DNA from: Candidatus Bathyarchaeota archaeon
Lineage (GTDB): Archaea; Thermoproteota; Bathyarchaeia; Bathyarchaeales; Bathycorpusculaceae
NCBI GenBank assembly: GCA_963707955.1
Contig: OY970176.1
Coordinates: 1,792,001-1,856,000, forward strand
Length of the DNA: 64,000 nt
Direction: 5' to 3'
The translations under genes and the position numbers were made by a program. The notes beneath the pieces are model-generated. The model was not told the origin of the DNA. It saw nothing but the letters and a program-made list of their open reading frames with translations, and made no database searches. Position 1 is the stretch's first letter. Each line of letters opens with the position of its first letter. Of the stretch, positions 1-10,460 are shown piece after piece.

Positions 1-129
1 CCTAATTCTCGACAGCGCTGTGCCAACTGAAACGCCACACTGCTTGGCTATCTGCCTCGAGGAAAGCCTCGAGTCAAGCGTCAACGCCTTCAGAACTTTA
101 ACATCCATCTCGTCCAAGAAATATTCCAC
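1..129 (-). CDS. Lrp/AsnC-family transcriptional regulator, N-terminal HTH (runs off window edge)
   Basis: Manual translation from GTG at 129: VEYFLDEMDVKVLKALTLDSRLSSRQIAKQCGVSVGTALSRIR, a typical Lrp 'LDxxDxxILxxLxxDxRxS' HTH pattern. Confidence 0.85.
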   Translation of the reverse strand, partial: MEYFLDEMDVKVLKALTLDSRLSSRQIAKQCGVSVGTALSRIR

Positions 130-581
130 CAGAATCAGTGTACATTCATCCAGTTAAGAAAGTTATGCTTAACATTTGGCTTCAAGAATGGTAAGAAGTC
201 TATACATCTACAGACAGTTTTGATTCTTCTATAAACTTCCACACGGTGAAAAAATCGCGCCCGCTACTATTGATTTGTAAAAAGCACAGCATAACTGTTC
301 CTAAATCTCTCATTAACCATTCTAGGCTGTGCCGAAGCGTGCCTCAACAGCATGAGGTAAGGGTTAAGCGTTTTGGACTTTCAGGCGGCAAAAACCGACG
401 GGGGAGGCTCACTTTTAAGGCTTCCAGATCGCACAAAATTCCCAAACCAAACTGTCGTCGATGTCGGTCCAGCAGCTAATGCACAGCGAGCCATTGGCAC
501 AATCAAGAAACTCCATAGGACGCGAGAAACGGGAACATTATCAATCAAAAACGTTTTAACCGTATAGACGAACCGAAGTAT

Positions 582-1481
582 ATGGCAGCTCATTGGCTGC
601 GGCGCTCAAGCAGAATTCTCTTCCTCGTGGCAATGGCCGTTCTGATCGTTCTAAGCCTTTACACTTTCATAGTCGCGTATCCCGAGACTTCTAGACTCGA
701 CTCGGGCATCTCTGGCACCGGGGTGCTATCCAAAGACTTCTCAGCATATTACATCGGGGCATGGCGATTGCTGCACGACCCCTCTCAGATCTACACCCAC
801 GGATTCGTCAATGATGGAGAGTACCAGGTCTACCCTCGATCCGAAGCTTACAAGTACCTGCCCTCCTTCCTGGTCCTAGTATCTCCATTTCTTTCCCTCG
901 GCTACCAGCAAGCCCTCGTCGCATTCGATGTCTTTCAGTTTGCTCTTTTGCCACTGATGACCCTGCTGCTCTACAAACTGCTCAGCAGAAAAGGTCTCGC
1001 GTTAACGTTCGCGGTCGCCGTGATTGTGCTGCTCCAGCCTCTTCCTCTGCCGAATCGGGGGCTCTCCGTCACCTACTTCTGGCAGTGGGGGGAAGGGCAG
1101 GCTAAGGTCTTCGATACCTTCCTCCTTCTTCTCGCATTCTATCTAGGCGACTCAGACAGACCATTTCTCTCAGGCATAGTCTTTGCGCTCGCGGCCTTCG
1201 ACCCGAGGTTCGCAGCACTATCGCTGCCGCTCTTCCTTTTTTACAATAGAAAGAACCTTCGGGTTTCGGTAGAAAGTATGCTAGTGGCTCTTCTTGTGTC
1301 AAACTTCGCGTTGTTCTACCCCGGAACTGGCTTGGGTTTCCTGAATATGGCCCTAGGTTCTGCCGCTGAAAGGCTCTACTACTACGCCTTCATACCGCTT
1401 CTTATGATAATCTCTCTGACGGTAGTCAACGGTAGGGAAATGCTTGCAGCACTGTCTCGTTCAGTTCGGACTGCTCACTGA
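582..1481 (+). CDS. GT-C fold membrane glycosyltransferase (GT87/DUF2029-like)
   Basis: Polytopic hydrophobic ORF with DFSAYY, YxYLP and GQ motifs; adjacent to a GT2 gene. Confidence 0.7.
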   Translation: MAAHWLRRSSRILFLVAMAVLIVLSLYTFIVAYPETSRLDSGISGTGVLSKDFSAYYIGAWRLLHDPSQIYTHGFVNDGEYQVYPRSEAYKYLPSFLVLVSPFLSLGYQQALVAFDVFQFALLPLMTLLLYKLLSRKGLALTFAVAVIVLLQPLPLPNRGLSVTYFWQWGEGQAKVFDTFLLLLAFYLGDSDRPFLSGIVFALAAFDPRFAALSLPLFLFYNRKNLRVSVESMLVALLVSNFALFYPGTGLGFLNMALGSAAERLYYYAFIPLLMIISLTVVNGREMLAALSRSVRTAH

Positions 1482-1563
1482 AGCCTTACAGAGTGGAGAG
1501 GTTGCAAGCCAAGTAAGGATCGCGACTCTTCCATGGTGTAAACTCGCACTCAGTGTTATATGG

Positions 1564-2271
1564 CTACTGTCTCAGAACTAGGGCAACTAACCCTATTCCC
1601 ATTTTCAAGGTCGTTGCCAAAGGTCTAAGCTGCGATCTTTCTGGTCTTCTCTCTTTCCACTTTACGGGGATTCTCTTTATCGGCAGTCCAAATTTCTTTG
1701 CACGCAAAATCAGTTCAGTATCAAACAAGAAACCATTATCCACAACCTGCTCAAACAGCACTCTCGCATCAACATTCCGCAAACCTTTGAAACCACATTG
1801 ATGATCGGCTACCCCTGTTCTGAAAAGCAGTCTTACTAACGAATTGTACCCGAGGCTTAATATTGTCCGAGTATACCCTTGGGTTAACCTGTCATGGACA
1901 GCTCTCTCACCGATAATAAGCGCGCGGTCAGTCTCAACAGTGCCCATCAATTCTCTAATGTGTCTCAGATCTGTGGCTAGGTCTGCGTCCATAATCACTA
2001 TTATCTCTCCTTTGGCTTTAGCAAGTGCAGCTTTTATAGTGCCCCCCTTTCCAATTCTCTGTCTAAAGTATAAGGGCCGAACACTTGCGTTTTTTCCTGC
2101 TACGCTTACCAAGATTTCATATGTTCCATCATTACTACAATCATCGCAAACGAGAATTTCATAGCGCTCATTTTTCATAAAATCACAAAGGACACCCAAA
2201 TTCTTTGCTATGATACTGCTCTCGTTACGCACCGGAATAATTAGGGAAACATGCCGCAACTCATATGACAC
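1564..2271 (-). CDS. GT2 dolichyl-phosphate glycosyltransferase-like protein
   Basis: IIPVRNE, DDCSNDGT, GKGG, MDADL, DHQCGFK and FDTELI motifs. Confidence 0.9.
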   Translation of the reverse strand: MSYELRHVSLIIPVRNESSIIAKNLGVLCDFMKNERYEILVCDDCSNDGTYEILVSVAGKNASVRPLYFRQRIGKGGTIKAALAKAKGEIIVIMDADLATDLRHIRELMGTVETDRALIIGERAVHDRLTQGYTRTILSLGYNSLVRLLFRTGVADHQCGFKGLRNVDARVLFEQVVDNGFLFDTELILRAKKFGLPIKRIPVKWKERRPERSQLRPLATTLKMGIGLVALVLRQ

Positions 2272-2511
2272 CGATTCGATTCACGATACTGCAACATTTT
2301 CTATATGTAATAGTGCAATGCGCACTATTTTCATTTGCTATTAACATATACACCCGGAAACAGGTAATGGTTTTCACAGTTCAGACTACCTTTCCCGCTT
2401 CAATATGCCTTTGGAGCAGAACCAACCAGATCAAAAGACAACCGCATCGTTCTACAGCTTCACTATTACGTCACAACTTGTCGAAGGAGCTGATCACTTC
2501 TAGGATGAGTC

Positions 2512-3279
2512 TTAGACTTTGGGTTTCTCAAGCAGATCTCTCATCTTCGCATTTTTCAGCAATTCAACATGTCTGCTAAGCTCTTTGACAAGAGCTTCGA
2601 AGTCTTTTCTCCCCTTCGCGACAGAGGCTGTTGATGTCTTACCAAAAGCGCCCGAGGTCGTTTCATCCACGGTCCCTAGGGGAAGCGTTATGCCAGCGGC
2701 CTCCAGCTTGTGCTTACCTGGTTCTTCATCCACCGCTCTGCTCACATCAACCAGATGCGGGTGCATGGCAAGGTTCAACGAGGTCTCTTCAGCAGCCGCG
2801 TGCCTTCTCTCGTCGTCTGCGAAAAGTCTGGGCAAAAGTTTACCCGTAGCCGTCCACCACTGAAAGACAGACACGAAAACTCCGTCTTCTCTCAGCTCTC
2901 TCGCCAACTCTGTGAGCGCAGCCAGGTTACCTCCGTGGCCGTTGACGATCACTATTCTACGTACTCCGTAGTATTGGAGTGCCAGGCAAGTTTCTTTAAC
3001 ATACTTCTTGAAGGTTCTGGCAGAAACAAAAATTGTTCCCCAGAACTGCTTGTGATGAGAGTTCACGCCGAACGGTATGACTTGGACGCACATCACCCCT
3101 GTGCGTTTGGCCACTTCCTCAGCGATGCCTTTGGCAATCAGGTGGTCCGTGCCTAAGGGGTTAGGAGGCCCGTGCTGTTCGTTTGACCCCACTGGGATGA
3201 TGGCGATGTCGTTCTTAGCAAAATACTCCTTGGCTTCCTGCCAACTCATCTCATGAAGCAAGACTTTCAAGTCGTTCAC
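2512..3279 (-). CDS. Creatininase-family amidohydrolase
   Basis: PVGSNEQHGP..GTD, VNGHGGN and HAAAEETS motifs. Confidence 0.9.
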   Translation of the reverse strand: MNDLKVLLHEMSWQEAKEYFAKNDIAIIPVGSNEQHGPPNPLGTDHLIAKGIAEEVAKRTGVMCVQVIPFGVNSHHKQFWGTIFVSARTFKKYVKETCLALQYYGVRRIVIVNGHGGNLAALTELARELREDGVFVSVFQWWTATGKLLPRLFADDERRHAAAEETSLNLAMHPHLVDVSRAVDEEPGKHKLEAAGITLPLGTVDETTSGAFGKTSTASVAKGRKDFEALVKELSRHVELLKNAKMRDLLEKPKV

Positions 3280-3348
3280 CTTTCACGAAACGGTTTTATT
3301 ATGAGCCGACTGAATATAAGTCTGCACTTTGGACTCGGTGGAAAAGAT

Positions 3349-4434
3349 TTGAAGGCAGTGATTCTCGCTGGCGGTTTCGGCACAAGACTCAGACCTTTAA
3401 GCTGCACACGCCCGAAGATTCTTTTTCCAATACTTAACAAGCCACTGCTCCAGTGGACTTTTGAAAGACTTGCGTTGAACGATGTTAAAGACGTAACGCT
3501 TGCTGTCTTCTATCAAACCGAAGTCTACATAAAGCATCACAGGGTTCCAAGGTCTGGGGTGCAGGTCACCTATTCTCATGATCCGCTGAGAAAGCCGCTC
3601 GGAACTGGCGGTTCAATCAAGAAGGCTGAAAAGCGGATTGGACACGAGTCCCCCTTCATAGTCCTTAACGGTGACATATTCGCCGACGTTAACTACAGAG
3701 AAATCCTGAGTCTGCACGAGGAGAAAAAAGGTGTGGCAACCATAGCGCTTCACAAAGTGCAGGATCCAAGTAGGTTTGGGGTTGCAGAGCTGTCAGAGGA
3801 CGGCCGCATTTCGAGATTCATTGAAAAGCCCCCTGCGGGAAGCGTTTCCCGTGCTTTGATCAATGCTGGAGTCTACGTTTTCAGCCCGAAGATCTTCGAC
3901 TATATTCCGGAAGGGCGAGCGGTGTCGATCGAGCGAGAGGTTTTTCCAAGGCTTGCGCAAGAAAAAGCACTCTATGGTTACGTTTTTGATGGTTTTTGGG
4001 CGGACATAGGCAAGCCAGAGGACTATCTGGAGCTTAACAAAATCATGCTCAATCATACTGGTAGTCAAAGAAGAATGAAAAGGGGAGACAACGTAGAGAT
4101 TAAGGATGCTGTGGCTTTCGGCAAGAACATCTCGATAGGAAAACAGTCGGTTATCGGTCCATACGCAGTTCTAGGATCAAAAGTTGCAGTTGGAAAGAAC
4201 GTTCGCATTCAAGACTCCATTGTTATGTCTGGAACAGTGATATCTGATTTTGCCACAATAGACGGCGCCATAATTGGCGAGGGCGTTCATGTTGGAAAAA
4301 GTGCCTACATTCCAAAAGGCTGCATAATCGGCGATCACGCTGAAATAAGAGACGACGTTTCACTAGCCCCAGGAACTTCGATCTGCCCAGCAAAGGAAGT
4401 CAGTGAAAGCGTGTTAATGTCTAATTCTGCTTGA
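3349..4434 (+). CDS. Sugar-1-phosphate nucleotidyltransferase (mannose-1-phosphate guanylyltransferase-like) with C-terminal hexapeptide repeats
   Basis: LAGGFGTRLRPL..PK, LGTGG, NGD and EKP motifs plus a left-handed beta-helix tail; TTG start at 3349 after a GGTGG SD. Confidence 0.9.
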   Translation: MKAVILAGGFGTRLRPLSCTRPKILFPILNKPLLQWTFERLALNDVKDVTLAVFYQTEVYIKHHRVPRSGVQVTYSHDPLRKPLGTGGSIKKAEKRIGHESPFIVLNGDIFADVNYREILSLHEEKKGVATIALHKVQDPSRFGVAELSEDGRISRFIEKPPAGSVSRALINAGVYVFSPKIFDYIPEGRAVSIEREVFPRLAQEKALYGYVFDGFWADIGKPEDYLELNKIMLNHTGSQRRMKRGDNVEIKDAVAFGKNISIGKQSVIGPYAVLGSKVAVGKNVRIQDSIVMSGTVISDFATIDGAIIGEGVHVGKSAYIPKGCIIGDHAEIRDDVSLAPGTSICPAKEVSESVLMSNSA

Positions 4435-4456
4435 TGGCGGTAGAGGAAGTTTGAAC

Positions 4457-5834
4457 ATGTTGAGTGCGAGACGCTTGTTCGGCACGAACGGCATCCGTGG
4501 GCTTGTCAATGAAGAATTGACCCCTGAAATGGCGGTGAAAGTTGGATGCGCAATAGGCACGTTCTTTGAGAATGGAACTCTTTTGGTGGGCTATGATGCT
4601 AGGACAAGCGGGCCAATGCTTGCAAAGGCTGTTGTAGCTGGGTTGACCGCAACAGGATGCGGCGTGCTTCTAAGCTGGGATGGCACCTACACCAGCGCTG
4701 CAGTACGCAGTCAAGCACAACAAGCTCAGAGGCGGAGTAATAATAACGGCATCGCACAACCCGCCAGAATACAACGGGATAAAAGTTGTTTGGAATGATG
4801 GCGTGGAAATCTCGCGCGACCAGGAAATTGCAGTCGAGGACGTGTACTTCAACGAAAGGATAAGGTATTCGAAATGGAGTCTTATCGGAGAGACGCGCGA
4901 CCTGCCAGGAGTAATCGACGACTATGTCAAGGCTGTAGAAAAGCACGTGGACACTGCAGCAATATCTAGGAAACACTTCCACATTGTGGTTGATGCGGCA
5001 AACAGCGTGGGCGCCTTGGCTGCGCCCCGATTGCTTCGCGAACTAGAATGCAAGGTTACAACCATAAACGCAAACATTGATGGAACATTTCCTGGAAGGC
5101 CTCCTGAACCCCGCCCTGAGAACCTCAGGGACTTGGCATTGACTGTGAAAGCAATGAGCGCAGATTTGGGCGTAGCATACGACGGTGACGCTGATCGGTC
5201 CATTTTCGTCGATGAAAAAGGACAGGTCCACATGGGCGATGAGAGCTTCGCTCTCGTAGAAAAATACTTTCTGAAAGACAACCCGAATGAACAGGTTGTC
5301 ACTCCTGTGAGTTCTTCAAGCTTGATAAAGGACATAGCCGACGCCTACAAGGGAAAAATCGTGTGGACCAAGGTGGGAAGCGTCACAGTTGCGCAAACCA
5401 TGAAGAAGTTGAAGGCCAAGCTCGGCGGAGAAGAAAACGGCGGAATCTTCTACGGACCCCATCAGCCAGTTCGAGACGGAGCAATGTCCACCGCTCTGAT
5501 GTTACAGATAATGGCCAAAACTGGGGAGAAGCTTTCAAAACTAATCCGAGAACTGCCACAGTACTTCATTGAAAAAGACAAGGTCGAATGCAAAGAGGAA
5601 CTTAAGGAAAAGGTTCTAGAAAAGTTGATCTCAGAGGTGAAAGAATTGAACATAAACACCATCGACGGCGTCAAAATCTGGTTCAAAGACGGGCAAGCCA
5701 TCCTGATCAGACCAAGTGGGACAGAACCTATCTACCGACTGTACGCAGAAGCCAAGACAGAGCGAAAAGCCCAAGAGCTGGTCAAAGAGTACACTCTGAG
5801 GCTTAGGAAAATAGTTGCCAGCCTGAACCGTTAA
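4457..5834 (+). CDS. Phosphoglucosamine mutase / phosphomannomutase (one extra base near 4672 splits the ORF)
   Basis: LFGTNGIRG and GYDAR in the first ORF; TASHNP, DGDADR, GEENGG and RPSGTEP in the second; removing one A from ctaagctggg restores LAGMAPTP. Confidence 0.85.
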
Positions 5835-5867
5835 ACCTCCAATACCCTTCTGGGAGAGAAGAATCAT

Positions 5868-7244
5868 ATGTCCTTGCCGATAATGAACGCAAAACCTGAA
5901 GACCTCAACACCGTCGAGAAATGCGGAAAATACACCGTGTGCATAGTAGGCTGCGGACAGGTCGGAATTCACCACGCTGCACTTTTCGCCGAAGCTGGTT
6001 TCAAAGTCGTATGCTTTGACGCAGATCAGATCGTGGTCAACAACGTTGCCAGAGGAAGAGCTCCGTTTTCAAGAATCGAAACAGAGGGGAAGATAAAAGA
6101 GCAGGTGAGAAAGGGCCGTTTGACTGCAACAAGCGACATTGAGAAAGCAGTCTCGCCGAGTGACATAATCGTGGTCACAATTTCAGTGAGAACTGACGGT
6201 AGGAAAAAGCCTGACTACTCAAACGTGGAGGGTGTGTGCAAACGAATAGGCTCAAGTCTTCGACTCGGGTCGCTTGTCATCTTCGTGAAGCTAGCTGGGA
6301 TAGGCATCGTCGAGGGCACCGTTAAAGAGGCGCTTGAAAACAGTTCAGGGTTCAAGGTTGGTACAGACTTCGGATTAGCGTACAGTCCATTCCATGTTCT
6401 ATCCAGTCAAGGTCCAGCAGCAACCGTAGACCGCCCCCGACTGTTGGCAGCAACTGAGAGAAACAGCCTGAACGCTGCCTCAGCCGTGTTGGCTCTGGTC
6501 TCAAGAGGCGGTGTAGAAAAGACTGTAAACATGAAAGCAGCAGGGGCAGCTGCCCTTTTCCAGGTTCAGCAAAAAGATGTCGCCGTTGCGCTTGCAAACG
6601 AGCTAGCCCTATTCTGCGAGAAAATCGGCGTTGACTATTTTGAGGCAAACGAGCTCTTGGCTGGAAGTGTGAGCAGTCTTGAGCCGCCCGTCCTTTCCAA
6701 CGAGGACGTCCAAGAGGAACCATATCTATTGCTGGCTGACGCCGAGAATCAGAACGTGAAGTTGCGGATTCCAGCAGTCGCCAGAGAGATAAACGAGCAG
6801 ACAGCAAAGCACGTTGCTAACTTGGTGAAGGATGCTTTGAGAAGCTGTGGAAAAACGCTTAGAAGGTCCAGGGTTTCCATCCTTGGGCTGTCGCAGACGC
6901 CCAACACAAAGAGCCATCCTAAGAGAATCGTGAAGCAAGTCGTACAGGTTCTAACTGCTAGAGGGGCCAGGATAAGACTCTACGACCCATACTTCTCGGA
7001 GAATGAACTGGGCGACTTGAAACCGCTATTCAAGAAAAACCTTACCGAAGCCCTTGAGGCCGCAGACTGCATCGTCATACTCACAGGCCACGACCAGTTT
7101 AAGCGGCTAGGTCTCCACAAACTGAAGATCATGATGAAAACGCCAAGTGCTATCGTTGACTTAGAAAGAATCGTAGAACCGGCGAAGGCAGAAAAGGAAG
7201 GTTTCATATACCGTGGCTTGGGAAGAGGGGTGTGGACAAAATGA
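5868..7244 (+). CDS. Nucleotide-sugar dehydrogenase family protein (UDP-glucose/GDP-mannose DH fold), active site degenerate
   Basis: GCGQVG Rossmann motif and three-domain layout (ALANELA, YDPY); the catalytic GGHC motif is absent. Confidence 0.75.
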   Translation: MSLPIMNAKPEDLNTVEKCGKYTVCIVGCGQVGIHHAALFAEAGFKVVCFDADQIVVNNVARGRAPFSRIETEGKIKEQVRKGRLTATSDIEKAVSPSDIIVVTISVRTDGRKKPDYSNVEGVCKRIGSSLRLGSLVIFVKLAGIGIVEGTVKEALENSSGFKVGTDFGLAYSPFHVLSSQGPAATVDRPRLLAATERNSLNAASAVLALVSRGGVEKTVNMKAAGAAALFQVQQKDVAVALANELALFCEKIGVDYFEANELLAGSVSSLEPPVLSNEDVQEEPYLLLADAENQNVKLRIPAVAREINEQTAKHVANLVKDALRSCGKTLRRSRVSILGLSQTPNTKSHPKRIVKQVVQVLTARGARIRLYDPYFSENELGDLKPLFKKNLTEALEAADCIVILTGHDQFKRLGLHKLKIMMKTPSAIVDLERIVEPAKAEKEGFIYRGLGRGVWTK

Positions 7245-8188
7245 AAAAGCTAGGCGTAGCAGTCGTCGGGACTGGTTTCTGGGGGAAGAACCACGCCAGA
7301 GTCTACAAGGAACTCCAGGAGACGGAGCTTCTGGCAGTGTGCGACATAGACCCTGAGAGGGCTAGAAGCGTGGCCGCCCAGTTTGGGGCAAAACCTTACA
7401 CGAGCTTTCGAAAGATGCTTCAGGACAGAAACATCGAAGCTATCAGCGTGGCAACGTGGTCGACGAGTCTTGCAAAGGTGGCGACCGAGGCTGTGAAAGC
7501 TGGAAAACACGTTATGGTAGAGAAACCCATGGCTGCAAACGTCGGACAAGCTGAAAAACTTCTTGAAACGGCGAAAAAGAAGCGAGTGCATGTGAGCGTT
7601 GGTTTCTTGATGCGTTTTATCCCAGGGCTTCAGCACATCAAGAAGGCGGTTGAGGAGAAAACAATCGGTGAACTCGTGTGCGCCACGGCGAAGAGAGTTT
7701 CTCAATGGCCTGAGCGGGTCGGCGACGTGGGCGTGGTCAAGGACACAGCGATCCATGACATCGACGTTATGCTGTACCTCTTCAATAAGGACCCCATCGC
7801 TGTTTACGCGAAAACCGGAAGCATGAGGCAAGGGAAGTTTGAGGACTACGCGCAGGTAATGCTCACGTTTGAGGGCGAAAAGACTGCTTTCATCGAATCC
7901 AACTGGCTTACGCCTTACAAGACCAGGATACTCATCGCCACGGGAAGCGAGGCCATAATGAACCTTGACTACATCACTCAGGAGCTGAAGATCGAGGACG
8001 CCAAGGAAACACTGCAGCCGAGATACCCAATGCAAGAACCGCTGAAGCTTGAGCTCCGCCACTTCGCAAACTGCGTTCTGGAAAAAGAGAAACCTCTGGT
8101 CACAGGGTTAGACGGCCTGCGAGCCCTCAGAATAGCTGAGGCAGCTCTGAAGTCTTCAGCAACAGGCAGAATAATCAAGCTCAAGTAG
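7241..8188 (+). CDS. Gfo/Idh/MocA-family oxidoreductase (UDP-GlcNAc 3-dehydrogenase-like)
   Basis: GTGFWG, VEKP and DTAIHDID motifs; ATGA overlap with the upstream gene. Confidence 0.85.
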   Translation: MKKLGVAVVGTGFWGKNHARVYKELQETELLAVCDIDPERARSVAAQFGAKPYTSFRKMLQDRNIEAISVATWSTSLAKVATEAVKAGKHVMVEKPMAANVGQAEKLLETAKKKRVHVSVGFLMRFIPGLQHIKKAVEEKTIGELVCATAKRVSQWPERVGDVGVVKDTAIHDIDVMLYLFNKDPIAVYAKTGSMRQGKFEDYAQVMLTFEGEKTAFIESNWLTPYKTRILIATGSEAIMNLDYITQELKIEDAKETLQPRYPMQEPLKLELRHFANCVLEKEKPLVTGLDGLRALRIAEAALKSSATGRIIKLK

Positions 8189-8477
8189 ACGCGTGTCCGA
8201 AGCTAGCTTTTCCGAGGTTGAAGGGTTTTCCCTCTGAAAGAACCTTCCTCGGAACCTTCTCCTTCCACTTCTTCAAGAAAGGCAAGTCTTCCTTCTCTTT
8301 CCGCAATTCGTCTGGCAACATTTCCGGAATCTCTTCACGGATCGGATACCACCTCAAACATTTCGGGCACACGATCAAGCCTTCAACGATTTCCTCTTTC
8401 TCCTCAAAAACGTGCAGCTCAAGCGGGTAGTACTTATCAATCGGGCACGCGAGTATGTCCATCAGCTTCTTTTTTAT
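8181..8477 (-). CDS. trm112: Trm112-family methyltransferase activator
   Basis: LMDILACPIDK...CPKCLRWYPIREEIPEMLP; start either ATA at 8477 (SD GGAGTGA) or ATG at 8462. Confidence 0.85.
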   Translation of the reverse strand: MKKKLMDILACPIDKYYPLELHVFEEKEEIVEGLIVCPKCLRWYPIREEIPEMLPDELRKEKEDLPFLKKWKEKVPRKVLSEGKPFNLGKASFGHAST

Positions 8478-8880
8478 ATTGTCACTCCCCAACTCTATTT
8501 TTGCCCTAAACATTAAAGCTTTTTCATGAAAGTGGTGATTGTCTATAGCAGGCGTCGCGAAACGCCTCAGGCTACGTGTTACGCAACAGATTCAAGAACC
8601 GACGGGCTACCGCGAAAATGCGCTACCGCCAAGCCATATTTTAGGACACCCTCTATCTTTCAACGCTAAGAAAACGACTGGGTACCAGAACTTTCAGTTG
8701 CACGAGCCTTAAAGTTCCTCGGACCCCCATTTTGAGATTAAGACGACCAAGCAAGACGAGCTCACCAACTTCCACCTAAGGACTAGATCAACAGTACCGT
8801 CTGGAGAAAAACTCTGAGAGGGAGAGGAGTAAGCATGTTAGACGGGTCAGAACACGAAGCAGGGAATGTTCTCAACCTAG

Positions 8881-9747
8881 CTATGTGCACGCCTTACTGG
8901 GCTTGGCTTTGATGTCCAAGACTATCTGGTACCAGTTTGGGCCAGTTGCTCTAACGACGCGACCGAATGGAATCTCGAATGAGGCGCAAATGTCCAGAAG
9001 TTTCTCAGACACTTTCACCCTGACCTTGTCAACAGCGTCCTCGTCCTTCGCGGCATGTTCAAAATCATAATAGTGCACCCATCCCCCCTTCTCTTTGAGC
9101 GCCAGCAGAGCATAAGGAAGATACTCAAGGGTTTTCGCGGGCAGAGGCATAAGAACCCTGTCCGCCACATGGCACAGTCTCTCTTCAACAACCTCTCTTG
9201 CGTCGCCAAGCATCGGGACAACCCTCCCATAGACTCTGTTCATCCTGATGTTTTCTCGCATCTGCTGAACCGCTTCCGGATTAACGTCTATAGAATACGC
9301 CTTTTCGACCTCAGCATGCTTTGCCATCACTATCGAAAAACATCCCACGCCCGCAAACATGTTCACAACAGTCTCCCCATCCTCAGCCAGCCTTGCAATC
9401 CGCATTCTTTCATAGAAGAGCCTCGGCGAAAAATAGCACTTCTCAACATCAACTCTGAACAGGCATCCAGACTCCCTGTGAACTGTACAGGTTTTCCTTT
9501 CACCAGCAACATACTCCAGGCTGCGAAGCCTAAACTCTCCGCGAACAGCGCTTGCCTGTGCCAACACGGTTTTGACGTTCTTGTGAACAGCCATGATGGC
9601 CTCTGCAATCTTTTCAGAGTACTTTCTTGATCTTTCTGTCAAACGTACGATTGCGATGTCACCGACAACGTCATAAGAATTACAGACGCACACAGAATCT
9701 TGTGGAGAAAGAATCTCCGTCAGCGTTTTACTCAAACGTTTCCTCAA
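8881..9747 (-). CDS. trm5: Trm5/TYW2 (Met10+) family tRNA methyltransferase
   Basis: VGDIAI, GEFR, YFSPRL..ER, MFAGVG, DVNP and DRVLMPLP motifs. Confidence 0.8.
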   Translation of the reverse strand: MRKRLSKTLTEILSPQDSVCVCNSYDVVGDIAIVRLTERSRKYSEKIAEAIMAVHKNVKTVLAQASAVRGEFRLRSLEYVAGERKTCTVHRESGCLFRVDVEKCYFSPRLFYERMRIARLAEDGETVVNMFAGVGCFSIVMAKHAEVEKAYSIDVNPEAVQQMRENIRMNRVYGRVVPMLGDAREVVEERLCHVADRVLMPLPAKTLEYLPYALLALKEKGGWVHYYDFEHAAKDEDAVDKVRVKVSEKLLDICASFEIPFGRVVRATGPNWYQIVLDIKAKPSKACT

Positions 9748-9780
9748 GGCCTGTCATTCCGCGGATAGGATAACCATGGC

Positions 9781-9796
9781 CGGAAACATTTAAAAG
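9781..9796 (+). promoter_or_regulatory. Putative BRE/TATA promoter of rpoP
   Basis: CGGAAA followed by TTTAAAAG ~35 nt upstream of the TTG at 9832. Confidence 0.45.
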
Positions 9797-9831
9797 CAGA
9801 ACGGCTTTCCTCAGTACGAAGAGGGAAACGC

Positions 9832-9999
9832 TTGGAAAAGTCACCGGCAGGCATAGTCTACGAATGCGTAAGATGCGGAGCAAAGGTTCCATCGGACGAG
9901 TTGGACATGCGCGGCGGAGAAATAAAATGCATCGTCTGCGGCTACAGGATTCTGAAAAAGGTAAAGCCGCCGGTCGTTAAACGCGTTCCTGCCAAGTAG
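9832..9999 (+). CDS. rpoP: DNA-directed RNA polymerase subunit P (Rpo12)
   Basis: Not in the ORF track (55 aa). Manual translation MEKSPAGIVYECVRCGAKVPSDELDMRGGEIKCIVCGYRILKKVKPPVVKRVPAK shows the YxCxxCG...CxxCGYRILxK signature. Confidence 0.92.
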   Translation: MEKSPAGIVYECVRCGAKVPSDELDMRGGEIKCIVCGYRILKKVKPPVVKRVPAK

Positions 10000-10069
10000 A
10001 AATAAAAAAGAGAAAATGAACTACTTGATGCTGGCTCCGCCTTGAATGCTTAAGATGTCACTGGCCCCG

Positions 10070-10367
10070 CTAGAAGATCTCTTTTTCTCCAATCTTGCGG
10101 AGAGACTCTGCCGCGGAGTTTTATCGTCGGGCCGATGACCTCGTCCGGATGCTTTTCAACGGTCTTCCTCTTTATGGTCTCTCCGCAGATTCCTCTTGGC
10201 AGCAGTCGTCTTTTCACGCAGATAGCGTAGGTGCAGTCTGCGACGTTGCACGTGTCTTCAGTCCATCTGCACCAAACGTCGTCCTGGCGCTGCAGGGTCG
10301 CGTTTTTTGTACACTTGAAGGCTTCGCATCTTTGAGAACAAGTCTTGACCTGTGCCAACACATGCAC
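10070..10367 (-). CDS. Small Cys-rich hypothetical protein (probable extra base near 10093)
   Basis: CSQRCEAFKC...CRWTEDTC...CTYAIC...GIC; the corrected frame ends LRKIGEKEIF-stop at 10070. Confidence 0.6.
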
Positions 10368-10460
10368 AACCTTTGATCATTTCTTTACCAAAACTTCATC
10401 GTTGCGAGTCTCGCTTCTCTCAACAATACTTCTAACGAGTTTTCATATAAACTTTTTTCC

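Noticed and set aside
7250-8062. 270-aa antisense ORF, representative of many shadow ORFs in the track
   Set aside because: Entirely overlaps a well-supported gene on the opposite strand and has no motifs
8520-8880. Structured ncRNA (RNase P, SRP) or hidden gene in the 360-nt gap
   Set aside because: No RNase P or SRP consensus motif recognised on either strand; the short frames have no recognisable features
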